Source: Patescibacteria group bacterium
GTDB lineage: Bacteria; Patescibacteriota; Patescibacteriia; Patescibacteriales; UBA12075
NCBI GenBank assembly: GCA_018897195.1
Contig: JAHILH010000004.1
Location: forward strand, 83,678 to 147,677
Direction: 5' to 3'
DNA length: 64,000 nucleotides
Below are positions 30,146 to 40,001 of this stretch, in pieces (the stretch's first letter is position 1; every line of letters begins with the position of its first letter). The notes under the pieces are model-generated. The model ran no database searches, had not been told where the DNA came from, and was given only the letters and a program-made list of their open reading frames with translations. Position numbers and translations under genes: made by a program.

Positions 30146-31150
30146 TTAATTTCCATAATAAATTTGAAACCATTTTTTTCCCACCAAATAAGCAAAAGCT
30201 CTAAACAACATTAATTGCATAAATGGCAACAATATAAATAATTTCAATAATCGCTCTTGCCGACTCTTAAGCACTAAAACTTTATTTAACTTAATCATCT
30301 GATATTTTTGATTTAGTATTTTTTTAGCAACTTCTTCTCCGCTTATTAATGCGAAAGAAATACCTTCTCCAGTTGACTTAGATGCCAAACCAGCAGCATC
30401 GCCAACAAGAAAAATATTTTCAAAAACACAGCCTTTATACAAATAACTAATGGGAGCAGCCTCAAACTTACTATCAGAATAATCATATTTATTCAAATTT
30501 AAAAACTCTTCCAAAAACGCTCTTGCTTTTACCGAAGAAACATTATTGGGGTCAAAATAAACCCCGACATTCGTATAATTAATATGAGGAAAAACCCAGA
30601 CGTAACCAGCTTTTAATTGTCGATGATTTAAATGCCAAGAAAATCTGCTTACCCCTTTATTAATATTATAATACATGCCTATGTTGATTTTTGTTTCAAG
30701 ACCAAGATGCCTTCTAACAATTGAACTTGAACCATCTGCGCCAACTAAATATTTGTAATAAAAGTCTCCAATAGATGTTTTTATTATGTCTTTTTTTATT
30801 TCTTCAACCGAAACATCGGTCACAATTTTTATATTTCCACAATTGTTTATTTTACTCAATTGATACTGTCCTAAATCTAATCTAGAAATAGTTTTTAAAG
30901 GATTTACAAGTTTTATGAGACGTGGTGTATTTTCAAGAAAAAAATCATACTCTTGAAAACTCCTTATTTTATCCTTTGGGATATCAAAATCAGAAACCAA
31001 GGTGGTTAACCCGCCAGCACATACCTTGGGACCTATTATTTTGTTTTTTTCTATTAGAAGAACTGATAAGCCAGTATTTTTTAGTTGTTTCGCGCATTCT
31101 AATCCGCCTGGTCCAGCACCAATAATAATAACGTCGTATATTTTTTCCAT
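30146..31150 (-). CDS. Geranylgeranyl-reductase-like FAD oxidoreductase
   Basis: IIGAGPGG, KVCAGG, GADG, YVWVFP, VGDAAG...GEGISFA. Confidence 0.88.
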   Translation of the reverse strand: MEKIYDVIIIGAGPGGLECAKQLKNTGLSVLLIEKNKIIGPKVCAGGLTTLVSDFDIPKDKIRSFQEYDFFLENTPRLIKLVNPLKTISRLDLGQYQLSKINNCGNIKIVTDVSVEEIKKDIIKTSIGDFYYKYLVGADGSSSIVRRHLGLETKINIGMYYNINKGVSRFSWHLNHRQLKAGYVWVFPHINYTNVGVYFDPNNVSSVKARAFLEEFLNLNKYDYSDSKFEAAPISYLYKGCVFENIFLVGDAAGLASKSTGEGISFALISGEEVAKKILNQKYQMIKLNKVLVLKSRQERLLKLFILLPFMQLMLFRAFAYLVGKKWFQIYYGN

Positions 31151-31200
31151 AAAAAATTATTATTAACAAATCCCCAAAGCGCCTCCTCCAGCGTTTAATA

Positions 31201-31779
31201 TTATTTTAAAATAATATTAAACGAATCTAGTAAGGTCGAAGCTTCGGGATAAGAAAATTTTGCGCCCTTAATTTTATTCTGCATCAGGTCAATATAGTAA
31301 TTTTTCGCCCCGGATAAATCTGCTTTTTCCAAAATTGTATTTTGAAATTTACTGCCTTGCAAATCAGAGCCGGAAAAATCAACTCCCGTTAAATTAGTTT
31401 TAGAGAAATCCGTTTCTTTTATAGTACAGTCAATAAATTTCGTCAATCGAATTTCTAAGCTTTGAAAATCACAAAGATCGATAACACAATTATGAAACGA
31501 CCATTCTATTAATAAAGTCTTTACACTCGAAAAAGCGACACCGACTATTTTACAATTTTTAAAAACAACATTTTGAAAACTACAATTATCAATCTTAATG
31601 TTGGCAAGATTTGAGTCTGTAAAAGCACAATCGACAAACGACGCGCCGGAGAATTTACTATAACTAAAGTCACATTTTACAAATAAACAGCGAACAAATT
31701 CTTTATCCTGTAAGTCTTGTCCGGTACACTGAATCTTATTAAACGTTTCTTTTTCAAAACTTTGCTCTTCAAATTCCAT
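31201..31779 (-). CDS. Pentapeptide repeat protein
   Basis: Tandem (F/L)xxCx pentapeptides. Confidence 0.9.
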   Translation of the reverse strand: MEFEEQSFEKETFNKIQCTGQDLQDKEFVRCLFVKCDFSYSKFSGASFVDCAFTDSNLANIKIDNCSFQNVVFKNCKIVGVAFSSVKTLLIEWSFHNCVIDLCDFQSLEIRLTKFIDCTIKETDFSKTNLTGVDFSGSDLQGSKFQNTILEKADLSGAKNYYIDLMQNKIKGAKFSYPEASTLLDSFNIILK

Positions 31780-31789
31780 AAGATTATTT

Positions 31790-32797
31790 TTAATTCAGCT
31801 CAATGTCAATATGACGAATCTCCGGAATCTCTCTTTGAATTTCCTCCTCAATCTTATTAATTTTAGAGCCGATTAAACGCGGAATACGATCGGCATAGTC
31901 GGCACAAAAACGAATAAACTCTTGATAGTCCTCTTTGATATCGTCATACTCTTCGCGCATCTCATTATTTTTATAAAGTTCACGCAAGAGCGACGGACCA
32001 TTAAATTCAACTTCACATATAACACGATAAACACCGACATTAAGAATTGATGATTTTAAATCAATCACTCTTTCAATCGCCGGCTCGGATTCCAAGATTT
32101 CAATCAAGCGCTCTTTGGCCTCTTCGGGAATAGACCTACTCTTCAAAAGCTCCATGTTTTTCTTAATCAAAACCACTGCAATAAAACCCAACAACAAACC
32201 AACTACTATCGAACCAGCTGCATCCCAATAATGCTGACCGGTTATCATCGTTAAAACCATACTCAAAGAAGCAACCAAAATACCAAGAACGGCGACACTA
32301 TCTTCATATAAAACTGCCAATGTGGTCGGATCAGCAACCTCCAAAGCTTTAAAGAATTTTCGGCCGTTGCTGTTTTTCTTTATTTCTCTAACGGCTACCA
32401 ATAAAGTAAACGTCTCAATAATCAAAGATAAGCCCAAAATAATAAAAACATATTTATTTAAAAAAATCGAGTTTTCTCCACGCAACGATTCGATACCATT
32501 ATAAATTGTCACACCAGCGCCAAGAAAAAAAATACCGCATGCTGAAATTAATGCCCACAAAAATCTTTCCTGACCATAACCATAATCAAAATAAGCATCC
32601 GCTTTTTTCATTGATCGTTTAATACCGACCATTAATAAACCCTGATTGGCGGTATCGGCAAAACTATGGATTGCTTCCGAAAACATAACGCTTGATCCAG
32701 AAACAAAAAAAGCAATCAACTTCATAAAAGCAATAAAAAGATTTCCCAAGAAGGCAAGCGCAACAGAAGTAAGACCAGTGGTTCTTTGATTTGACAT
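31790..32797 (-). CDS. Cation diffusion facilitator transporter
   Basis: SEAIHSFADTANQ, YGYGQERF, LYED, DAAGS; start placed at MSNQR. Confidence 0.9.
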   Translation of the reverse strand: MSNQRTTGLTSVALAFLGNLFIAFMKLIAFFVSGSSVMFSEAIHSFADTANQGLLMVGIKRSMKKADAYFDYGYGQERFLWALISACGIFFLGAGVTIYNGIESLRGENSIFLNKYVFIILGLSLIIETFTLLVAVREIKKNSNGRKFFKALEVADPTTLAVLYEDSVAVLGILVASLSMVLTMITGQHYWDAAGSIVVGLLLGFIAVVLIKKNMELLKSRSIPEEAKERLIEILESEPAIERVIDLKSSILNVGVYRVICEVEFNGPSLLRELYKNNEMREEYDDIKEDYQEFIRFCADYADRIPRLIGSKINKIEEEIQREIPEIRHIDIELN

Positions 32798-32963
32798 AAA
32801 ATGTTTAAAAATTATTATAATACCACAATTGTAACACATAAATTTAGATAAAAATAGATATATCTTTGACACAAAAAAGTCTTGCAAAAAAGCACGCACT
32901 ATGCTAATATCTAAAATCAGCAATGGCTGATAAAAATAAAAATCAAAGGAGGAGAATAATAAT

Positions 32964-33425
32964 ATGCATCCAGGTTTAATAAACAGGACTTATCCTGTTA
33001 AAAAAACTGAAAAGGGCTATATTATCAAAGGAAAAATTTCATCAAAACTAGAACCTCAATATTTGGCAATAAATCCAAATAACGGTGAGCTATTTTTACT
33101 GCTCATAAACCTGGAATTTTCTGAAAATCGAAAACAAGGCGCAGACAAACCCAGTAAGGAGCGCTATTTCTACAAAGATAATGGAGGTTTATTTGCCATT
33201 TTAAAAGGAAACGAGGTTACTGGCTTACGCTTTGGAAATGTTACCGATGCCGACTCTTGTCCCTATTGTTGGAATGTTTACTTCACAACTCAAGACGGTG
33301 TCTCTGGTGTTATGATTTCTCCTGATCCTGACCAAATGACAAAATTAAGACCACGTTTTCAAAAAAAGGAACCTGGTTCTAAGGCAGAGGTACTAAAAAC
33401 TGTTCCTTACCGAATCATTGATTAA
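32964..33425 (+). CDS. Hypothetical protein
   Basis: 153 aa; SD AGGAGGAG, promoter upstream and terminator downstream. Confidence 0.7.
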   Translation: MHPGLINRTYPVKKTEKGYIIKGKISSKLEPQYLAINPNNGELFLLLINLEFSENRKQGADKPSKERYFYKDNGGLFAILKGNEVTGLRFGNVTDADSCPYCWNVYFTTQDGVSGVMISPDPDQMTKLRPRFQKKEPGSKAEVLKTVPYRIID

Positions 33426-33516
33426 TAATTAAAGCCGCCAGTGGACTCATCGAGCACCGCGGGCTTTTTTCTTTTTCGGAAAAATAAAAAAGAGTATTCC
33501 ATTTCGAAATACTCTT

Positions 33517-33864
33517 TTAAGTTTCTGCGCTATGTGCCACCATGGCATATAAATAAGCCACAATATAATGTGACTCCATTTCGGCAAAAGCTTTTACCTC
33601 TGGCCATGCTTCTTTTCTTGGAACATCATCAAGGAAGCGCGCTGTTTGTTGTTTTAAACAGCTTAATTGCATACCGTCATGAAACCTAATATTCAAAAGA
33701 AAAACATTTCGGTCTTCTAAACCGATATCTTCAAACACTAGACCATCTCTTGTGAAAGCATTATACAAAAAATCTCTTTCTCTGGACGAGATAATTTGCC
33801 TGCCATGTACCAGGTCATCAAAGAAAGCTTTCCACACAACGTTTTCGTTAATCGGTTTAGCCAT
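33517..33864 (-). CDS. Hypothetical protein
   Basis: 115 aa; SD GAGGAGGAG. Confidence 0.7.
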   Translation of the reverse strand: MAKPINENVVWKAFFDDLVHGRQIISSRERDFLYNAFTRDGLVFEDIGLEDRNVFLLNIRFHDGMQLSCLKQQTARFLDDVPRKEAWPEVKAFAEMESHYIVAYLYAMVAHSAET

Positions 33865-33876
33865 TATCTCCTCCTC

Positions 33877-34242
33877 TTAAAATTCGACATGGTCGATGAT
33901 TGTTGCCAAGATGAACGCAATAATTGGTTGACTGCGATAATCGGCGTACTTGTTAATTTCCCGCCATATAATGGTCAGTTTGTTCCCATGCATTCCGCTT
34001 TGTTTTTGTTGCCTACGCGCCGCTTCGGCTAAACATTCACACTCGCGGTCGGTGCAATACAACGTAATCTCTTTTAACATTGAATCAAACTGTTCTCTTT
34101 TAATTTTCACAAAGGTGGCTGGCAATTGCTCCAAAAGCGCGATTATCATCATTTTGTCGTCAGCCAATATTACTCTTGTCCGTACCAAAACTCCCAATAG
34201 CGACAACCCAGTTAGATTTTGAAGTTCAGCGACAATGGCCAT
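33877..34242 (-). CDS. Hypothetical protein
   Basis: 121 aa; SD AAGGAG; operon with the downstream ORF. Confidence 0.7.
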   Translation of the reverse strand: MAIVAELQNLTGLSLLGVLVRTRVILADDKMMIIALLEQLPATFVKIKREQFDSMLKEITLYCTDRECECLAEAARRQQKQSGMHGNKLTIIWREINKYADYRSQPIIAFILATIIDHVEF

Positions 34243-34395
34243 TGTTTTTCTCCTTCTATTTTTTAGTTTTAATGTGCGGTTGATAATAAATTAAATTAGC
34301 ACATTAGTTGACCAAAGTCAAGACGAAGTAATTCGCCAAAATTTAAAAAGGGCTTACTAATTTCTTAGCAAGCCCCAATTTTACTTCATGCAATT

Positions 34396-35166
34396 TTACT
34401 CTATAATACCAGCTGCATGAGCCAACATCATAGCTGTGTCGGTGTATGCATCCTTGCACACATAACTTCGGCCGCCGTGTACCAGAGACCCGGCTCGTCG
34501 AAATTCTAAATATCTGGAATAAGAAAGTTCCGTCGTGCCTGTCGTAACCGTGTCCCGCACCTGGCCACTGATGACCTTGACCTCAACGGCGAATATTGGC
34601 ACCTCGTTCCCGAGAATACCACGCTCCGAGATGATGTCACCGACCTTGGTAATGGAGCCAATTTCCGTTCCAACTCCAAGCTCATTCAAGACACAACGCT
34701 TAACCGAGTCTTCAACAGATTCTCCATCCACTGAAATGGTTCCAGGAATTTCCACACACCATTTTCTGGTAGCATGTCGAAATACCAGCGACATTATTGC
34801 CTTGCCGTCGCATACCGGCAATACCGCCACGCCGACAGATCCATGCAGACCGTTGATATACACCAACCGGTCGTACAAGCCAGTCGTTACAGTTTTGCCA
34901 GGAAACAGCACCGGGTCGCGCAAAAAAGCAAAATACTTGTCCATAACGATGATTCCGCTTTTCCATGAAGTCGTCTGTCCAACCAGACCGTTAAAATTGA
35001 AATGATTATGCTTATGAAGCTCCTCAATTTCGATAATGGTAGCCGGATTGGTAACGATTTCAATCTCGCCTCGATTCACATCACCGAGGTAAACTCCAGA
35101 CATCTTAATGAAGTCTAGATACTGTTTGATGTGCATCGGTACATATTTTCTATCGTCGTCAGTCAT
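34396..35166 (-). CDS. Nudix-fold protein (ADP-ribose pyrophosphatase-like) with a degenerate Nudix box
   Basis: FRHATRKWCVEIPG...GESVEDSVKRCVLNELG. Confidence 0.75.
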   Translation of the reverse strand: MTDDDRKYVPMHIKQYLDFIKMSGVYLGDVNRGEIEIVTNPATIIEIEELHKHNHFNFNGLVGQTTSWKSGIIVMDKYFAFLRDPVLFPGKTVTTGLYDRLVYINGLHGSVGVAVLPVCDGKAIMSLVFRHATRKWCVEIPGTISVDGESVEDSVKRCVLNELGVGTEIGSITKVGDIISERGILGNEVPIFAVEVKVISGQVRDTVTTGTTELSYSRYLEFRRAGSLVHGGRSYVCKDAYTDTAMMLAHAAGIIE

Positions 35167-35492
35167 TTCTCAGCCTCTTTCTTGTTATTATTTTTATAAA
35201 CAAAATAAGCGATCATCACAAACGAGCTTGAAAACAACTTGATACCATTCCCAATTATCAATGGCCAGTTTCGGATACTCCAGCCATAACAAAGCCAGAT
35301 TAATCCTATCGACAAGATCATTACAAACGTCCACAGAGAAACATCCTTCGCCTCTTTAAGCTTGATAATTTTAGCCGCCTGAAATAGCGGATTAAACTCA
35401 AGCAAGGTGGTTCCAAAAGCCATCAACAATAGTGGGTCCTGCTTCGTTTTTGAAACAAATGACAATATTTCTACTATTAAAGTCTTCATCAT
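35163..35492 (-). CDS. SemiSWEET/PQ-loop small transporter
   Basis: Three TM helices; QAAKIIKLKEAKDVS...WLCYG...PLIIGN; overlaps the Nudix start. Confidence 0.75.
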   Translation of the reverse strand: MMKTLIVEILSFVSKTKQDPLLLMAFGTTLLEFNPLFQAAKIIKLKEAKDVSLWTFVMILSIGLIWLCYGWSIRNWPLIIGNGIKLFSSSFVMIAYFVYKNNNKKEAEK

Positions 35493-35806
35493 TTCCCCCT
35501 TTACCATTATTGGCATATTTGATTATTTTCAAAGATCACAACCAATAAATATAGCACAAGTACCGCTATTTGTCAATAATATTTTCCAAATTCCTTGTTA
35601 TTATATATTGTCCTTAATATTAGCCATAATATCACAATATATGGGCTTTTGCATTAATCCTAAAATTTTGATATTATCAATATATATTGCTCTGGACAAA
35701 ATCACAAAAACGTGCTAATGTTAGAAGACCGTAAACTTCTATCAAAGTAATGAATTTCTGGTTTTAAAAATTATAACAAACTTCTTTGACTTAATACATA
35801 AATAAT

Positions 35807-37333
35807 ATGGCAGAAAATAAAAAAGCGCCTCTCGTGGTTCTCTTTGGACGCACCAATGTAGGCAAATCAACCCTTTTCAACGTTTTAACAGGCAAGAAAA
35901 TTGCCCTAGTTTCCGACATTGAAGGTTCTACTCGCGACGCCAACACCGGCATGGTTGATTGGCAAGGTAAAAAATTCAAACTAGTTGATACTGGTGGCAT
36001 CTTAGACGTTCGTCATTTAAACAAAACCAAAAAAGAAATCAAAGAAATTGGTCAGACTGACAATATCGATGCCAAGGTACAACAACAAGCCCGTGATTAT
36101 TTGAAAAAGGCTGATTTGATCTTGTTTATGGTTGATGCGCAGGTTGGTATTATCGGTGATGATAAGATCATGGCTCTGGCCTTGAAGAAAATTATTCCTG
36201 AAGCAAAAAATGTCTTGTTGGTAGTAAACAAATCCGACAGTCCAAAATTGCGTCGTGATGTAAATGAATTTAATAAGCTTGCTCTAGGTGATCCAATCTC
36301 TGTTTCTGCTGTAACCAGCTCCGGTACTGGTGATTTGCTTGATATTGTGGTAAAAAATTTAAAAGTTCGCAAGACAAAAGATATTGATCTTGAGAAGGAT
36401 GCGGATAAAACAATCAACGTTACCATTATCGGCAAGCCAAATGTTGGTAAATCGAGCTTTATCAATAAATTAATCGATCGCTTCTCCACCGATGAAGACG
36501 CGCAAAGAATGATTACCTCTGCGACGGCACACACCACAAGAGAACCAAAAGATGTCCAATTTAATTATCAAAACTATATTATCAATTTAATCGATACTGC
36601 CGGCATCAGCAAAAGCGCGCGCAAGAACCTAAAAAAGGGTCGCTCTCATGACGCCCTGGAAAAATTCAGTATTGAAAAATCAATCGCCACTCTAGGCAAG
36701 GCAGACATCGCTATGTTAATGATCGACATTCACGAAGGCATCACCCAACAAGAATCCAAAATCATCGACGATATTATCGAAAGACAGGTTAGTTTAATTA
36801 TTGTCGCTAACAAATGGGATTTAGTCGAAGATCGCGACACAAAAAAATACAAGCAAACAATTTACAACGAATTCCCTTACGCCACCTGGGCACCAATTCA
36901 ATTCATCTCTGCGCTTACTGGCGAAAAGGTTGAAAAAACCTTAGAAATGATTGTTAGACTAGCCAATGCCCGTAAAACTGAAATTAACGAAAATTATTTA
37001 ACCAAGTTCTTATTAAGGATTGTAAAAAAACACGCTCCCGTTCGTGGTGGTGGTGTAAAGAATCCCTACATCTACAAGTTAAGACAGAAGCGATCAAATC
37101 CGCCAAAGTTCGAAATCGTAATTGGCTCCGATGATAATATCGACCAGACCTATGTTCGGTATATCGAGAATCGTCTCCGCGAAAATTTCAAAATCGAAGG
37201 TACTCCAGTTTTTGTAAGTGTAATTCGTAAAAAAGGCGTTCATGGTCAACATGATCTTGTTAAGCTTGCTAATCCGGAAAAAAGAAAGAAGCCAAGAATT
37301 TTCCATTCACCATCTATTGTTCGAAGGCGATAA
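35807..37333 (+). CDS. der: Ribosome biogenesis GTPase Der (EngA)
   Basis: Two G domains (GRTNVGKS, GKPNVGKS, DTGG/DTAG, NKSD/NKWD) plus KH-like tail YIENRLRE. Confidence 0.96.
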   Translation: MAENKKAPLVVLFGRTNVGKSTLFNVLTGKKIALVSDIEGSTRDANTGMVDWQGKKFKLVDTGGILDVRHLNKTKKEIKEIGQTDNIDAKVQQQARDYLKKADLILFMVDAQVGIIGDDKIMALALKKIIPEAKNVLLVVNKSDSPKLRRDVNEFNKLALGDPISVSAVTSSGTGDLLDIVVKNLKVRKTKDIDLEKDADKTINVTIIGKPNVGKSSFINKLIDRFSTDEDAQRMITSATAHTTREPKDVQFNYQNYIINLIDTAGISKSARKNLKKGRSHDALEKFSIEKSIATLGKADIAMLMIDIHEGITQQESKIIDDIIERQVSLIIVANKWDLVEDRDTKKYKQTIYNEFPYATWAPIQFISALTGEKVEKTLEMIVRLANARKTEINENYLTKFLLRIVKKHAPVRGGGVKNPYIYKLRQKRSNPPKFEIVIGSDDNIDQTYVRYIENRLRENFKIEGTPVFVSVIRKKGVHGQHDLVKLANPEKRKKPRIFHSPSIVRRR

Positions 37334-37346
37334 TCCCCTCTTTTAT

Positions 37347-37516
37347 CGTCATTCCCGCGAAGGCGGGAATCCAGGTGCCTCGTATTTTATTTCACATATA
37401 AGGAAAATTAAAATAAATAAAGTTTTTTTGTTAATAATATTTATATCACGATTAGTCTCTATAATTATTGACCCACTTTTTGTGGCGCCTGGATTCCCGC
37501 CTTCGCGGGAATGACG
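37347..37516. repeat. Inverted REP doublet (REPIN/MITE-like), 170 bp
   Basis: 33-bp terminal inverted repeats with 1 mismatch, CGTCATTCCCGCGAAGGCGGGAATCCAGGYGCC, each itself palindromic; AT-rich core. Confidence 0.9.
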
Positions 37517-37529
37517 TAAGTAATAAACT

Positions 37530-38093
37530 ATGCCAACAGTATTAGTCGGTCTCGGCAACCCCGGTGACCAATACAAATTAACCAGACACAATGCCGGCTT
37601 TTTAGCGATTGATAAAATCGTAACCAGCCTTGGTTTGTCGTGGGAAACAAACAAGAAATTCCAAGCTGAAATTTGCAAGAACGAACAGTATATTTTTATC
37701 AAGCCGCAAACCTTTATGAATAACTCCGGACAGGTAGTGCGCGCCATTCTTTCTTATTATAAATTACTGCCCCAAAAATTTCTTATTTTTAAAGAAAGTA
37801 ATGCTGATCTTTCCGATGAGCTAATCGTTATTCATGATGATCTTGATATAGAACTCGGTAAGTTTAAGAAATCAGTTGACTCTCGTGCGGCTGGCCACAA
37901 TGGTGTGCAATCTATTATCAATCATTTAAAAACTAAAAACTTTACGCGTCTCCGCATCGGCATTAAAACAAAAAACCTGGAAAAAATTCCAGGCGTTAAA
38001 TTTGTTTTACAAAGACTTCCAGAAGAAGAGTTAACCATCATCAATCAAACGATTAATGATATTATCATTAACAAACAATTTGCTGCTCGCTAA
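37530..38093 (+). CDS. pth: Peptidyl-tRNA hydrolase
   Basis: VGLGNPG, TRHNAGF, KPQTFMNNSG, HDDLD, GHNG, RLRIGI. Confidence 0.97.
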   Translation: MPTVLVGLGNPGDQYKLTRHNAGFLAIDKIVTSLGLSWETNKKFQAEICKNEQYIFIKPQTFMNNSGQVVRAILSYYKLLPQKFLIFKESNADLSDELIVIHDDLDIELGKFKKSVDSRAAGHNGVQSIINHLKTKNFTRLRIGIKTKNLEKIPGVKFVLQRLPEEELTIINQTINDIIINKQFAAR

Positions 38094-38198
38094 AAAAAAG
38101 TAGAGCAATAAATACCCAAGGAGGATAGATATTCATTGTCCACAATTCTAGTAACAAACAGCAAATTGGTTGCTAGCTTCTTAGATATCTCTAATGAT
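38092..38198 (-). ncRNA. Candidate ~107-nt sRNA with an anti-SD terminator loop
   Basis: Promoter TTGACA(38233)-17-TAAGAT; long G-U-rich hairpin 38100-38143 with loop UCCUCCU followed by U8. Confidence 0.55.
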
Positions 38199-38268
38199 TC
38201 CTGAATCTTAGCACAAGGATTTACAGCTGTCAACACTCATTTTTTATTTAAAATTAGCCATAATATAA

Positions 38269-39372
38269 ATGAATGATTTTTCTGAAAATACAAAGTACCT
38301 AATTGCCCTCTCTCACTTCCTAAAACTCGGCCCTGTCAAAATTAAAAGACTTAGAAAATATTTTCCAGACTTCAAAACAGTTTTTTGTGCTTCTGTCAAT
38401 GAATTAATGCAGGCCGGCATCGAAGAAAAGCTCGCGCTTGAATTTATTTCCAAGCGACAACTCGTCCCCATTGATAAAATTCTCGACCAACTCGATCGCG
38501 AAGATATCGGCGTCATAAACATCGGTCACGAAAAATATCCCAAGCTCCTCGCCGAGATTTATGATCCACCAGAGATTCTATATTATCGTGGCAACCTTAA
38601 TAACATTACCAACTTCAACATCGCTATTGTTGGTTCACGTAAATACACTGACTATGGTGCGCAAGCAACAGAGACCATCGTTAAGGATTTGGTTCGTCAT
38701 GGTCTCACCATCGTCAGTGGCCTTGCTCTTGGCATCGACACAGTCGCGCACAATGCCACAATTAAAGCAAACGGCTGCACTATCGCTGTCCTTGGGACTG
38801 GCATCAACAATCGCGCCATTTACCCAGCCGCGAATAAATATTTAGCTGATAAAATTATCGCTAGCGGCGGTCTTATTTTTTCCGAATTTCCCCTTAACAC
38901 TCCGCCACTGCGACATCACTTTCCACAAAGAAACCGCATTGTCGCTGGCCTATCGCTAGGCACACTAGTAGTCGAAGCCGCCGAAAAATCTGGCGCTCTT
39001 ATTACTTCTAAATATGCACTTGATCAAAATCGCGAAGTCTTCGCTATCCCTGGCAATATTTATTCACCAGTCTCAATAGGACCGAATAATCTTATTAAAC
39101 AGGGTGCTAAAGCTGTTACTAGTGCTGATGATATTATCGAGACTCTCAATATTGAAAATGTCCCAGCCAAAATTGTCAGTCAAAAAATAATCACCGACAC
39201 TTTGGAGGAAAAATTAATTCTCAAACACCTCAATCACGAACCAATTCACATCAACGACATTATCAGAACCACAAACCTCTCAACCTCTGTCGCTAGTAGC
39301 ACATTAATTATGATGGAAATAAAAGGTCTAGCCAGAAACGTTGGCGGTATGAAATATGTTTTGGGGAATTAG
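38269..39372 (+). CDS. dprA: DNA processing protein DprA
   Basis: AIVGSR, VSGLALGID, FPQRNRIV, VEAAEKSGAL. Confidence 0.97.
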   Translation: MNDFSENTKYLIALSHFLKLGPVKIKRLRKYFPDFKTVFCASVNELMQAGIEEKLALEFISKRQLVPIDKILDQLDREDIGVINIGHEKYPKLLAEIYDPPEILYYRGNLNNITNFNIAIVGSRKYTDYGAQATETIVKDLVRHGLTIVSGLALGIDTVAHNATIKANGCTIAVLGTGINNRAIYPAANKYLADKIIASGGLIFSEFPLNTPPLRHHFPQRNRIVAGLSLGTLVVEAAEKSGALITSKYALDQNREVFAIPGNIYSPVSIGPNNLIKQGAKAVTSADDIIETLNIENVPAKIVSQKIITDTLEEKLILKHLNHEPIHINDIIRTTNLSTSVASSTLIMMEIKGLARNVGGMKYVLGN

Positions 39373-39469
39373 TTTTTAAAATCATAATAGCTTTTATTAA
39401 TCATATTTACTATTCTTTGAAAAATGCTATACTTTTATTATAATCAAATCTTAATGAAATTTTAATAAT

Positions 39470-39934
39470 ATGCCAGATTCACAAACTTCTATCAAAGACG
39501 AATTCCTCTTAGCCCTTAGGGCTAATATTTCTTTTCTAAATCGGAATTTTCCCAAAAATCAAAATACCAATGTTTGTCAAAATTCTTGTAATATTATCAA
39601 TGAAATTGAGAAAAAACTTAAAAACAGTACTGAAAATTTTCTCAATATTTCTAACAATTTAGAAAATTTTAACAAACTAATTTCCAAAAGTACCTTGTTT
39701 AAAAAAATCTATTTTGATCAGCTCTCAGATAATAAATATCTAATAACAGTAAAGGGTTGTGAATTAGCACAAAACTGTATTCACCCTCGACTAAATCCTG
39801 AAAAAGAAATCTGTCCGATTGCTTTACTGGCTGGTTCATTTTTAAAATACAATAAGTCAGACTTACAACTATATATCGAAGCATCTAAATTCACCTCACA
39901 AGACTCGGAAACAACAATTATCTCAATCAATTAA
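39470..39934 (+). CDS. Hypothetical protein (Cys/His cluster, possibly V4R/MetOD-like)
   Basis: 154 aa, very AT-rich; GCELAQNCIH...ICPIA. Confidence 0.55.
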   Translation: MPDSQTSIKDEFLLALRANISFLNRNFPKNQNTNVCQNSCNIINEIEKKLKNSTENFLNISNNLENFNKLISKSTLFKKIYFDQLSDNKYLITVKGCELAQNCIHPRLNPEKEICPIALLAGSFLKYNKSDLQLYIEASKFTSQDSETTIISIN

Positions 39935-40001
39935 GAATTGCAATAAAAAAAGAGCTTGAAAATTAATCAAGCTCTTTTTTTATTCATACAAAGAATTTCA
40001 A

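Noticed and set aside
37349-37747. Shadow ORFs ending PGFPPSRE, and the ORF at 4550-4750
   Set aside because: Translations of REP repeats or antisense to pth, not genes
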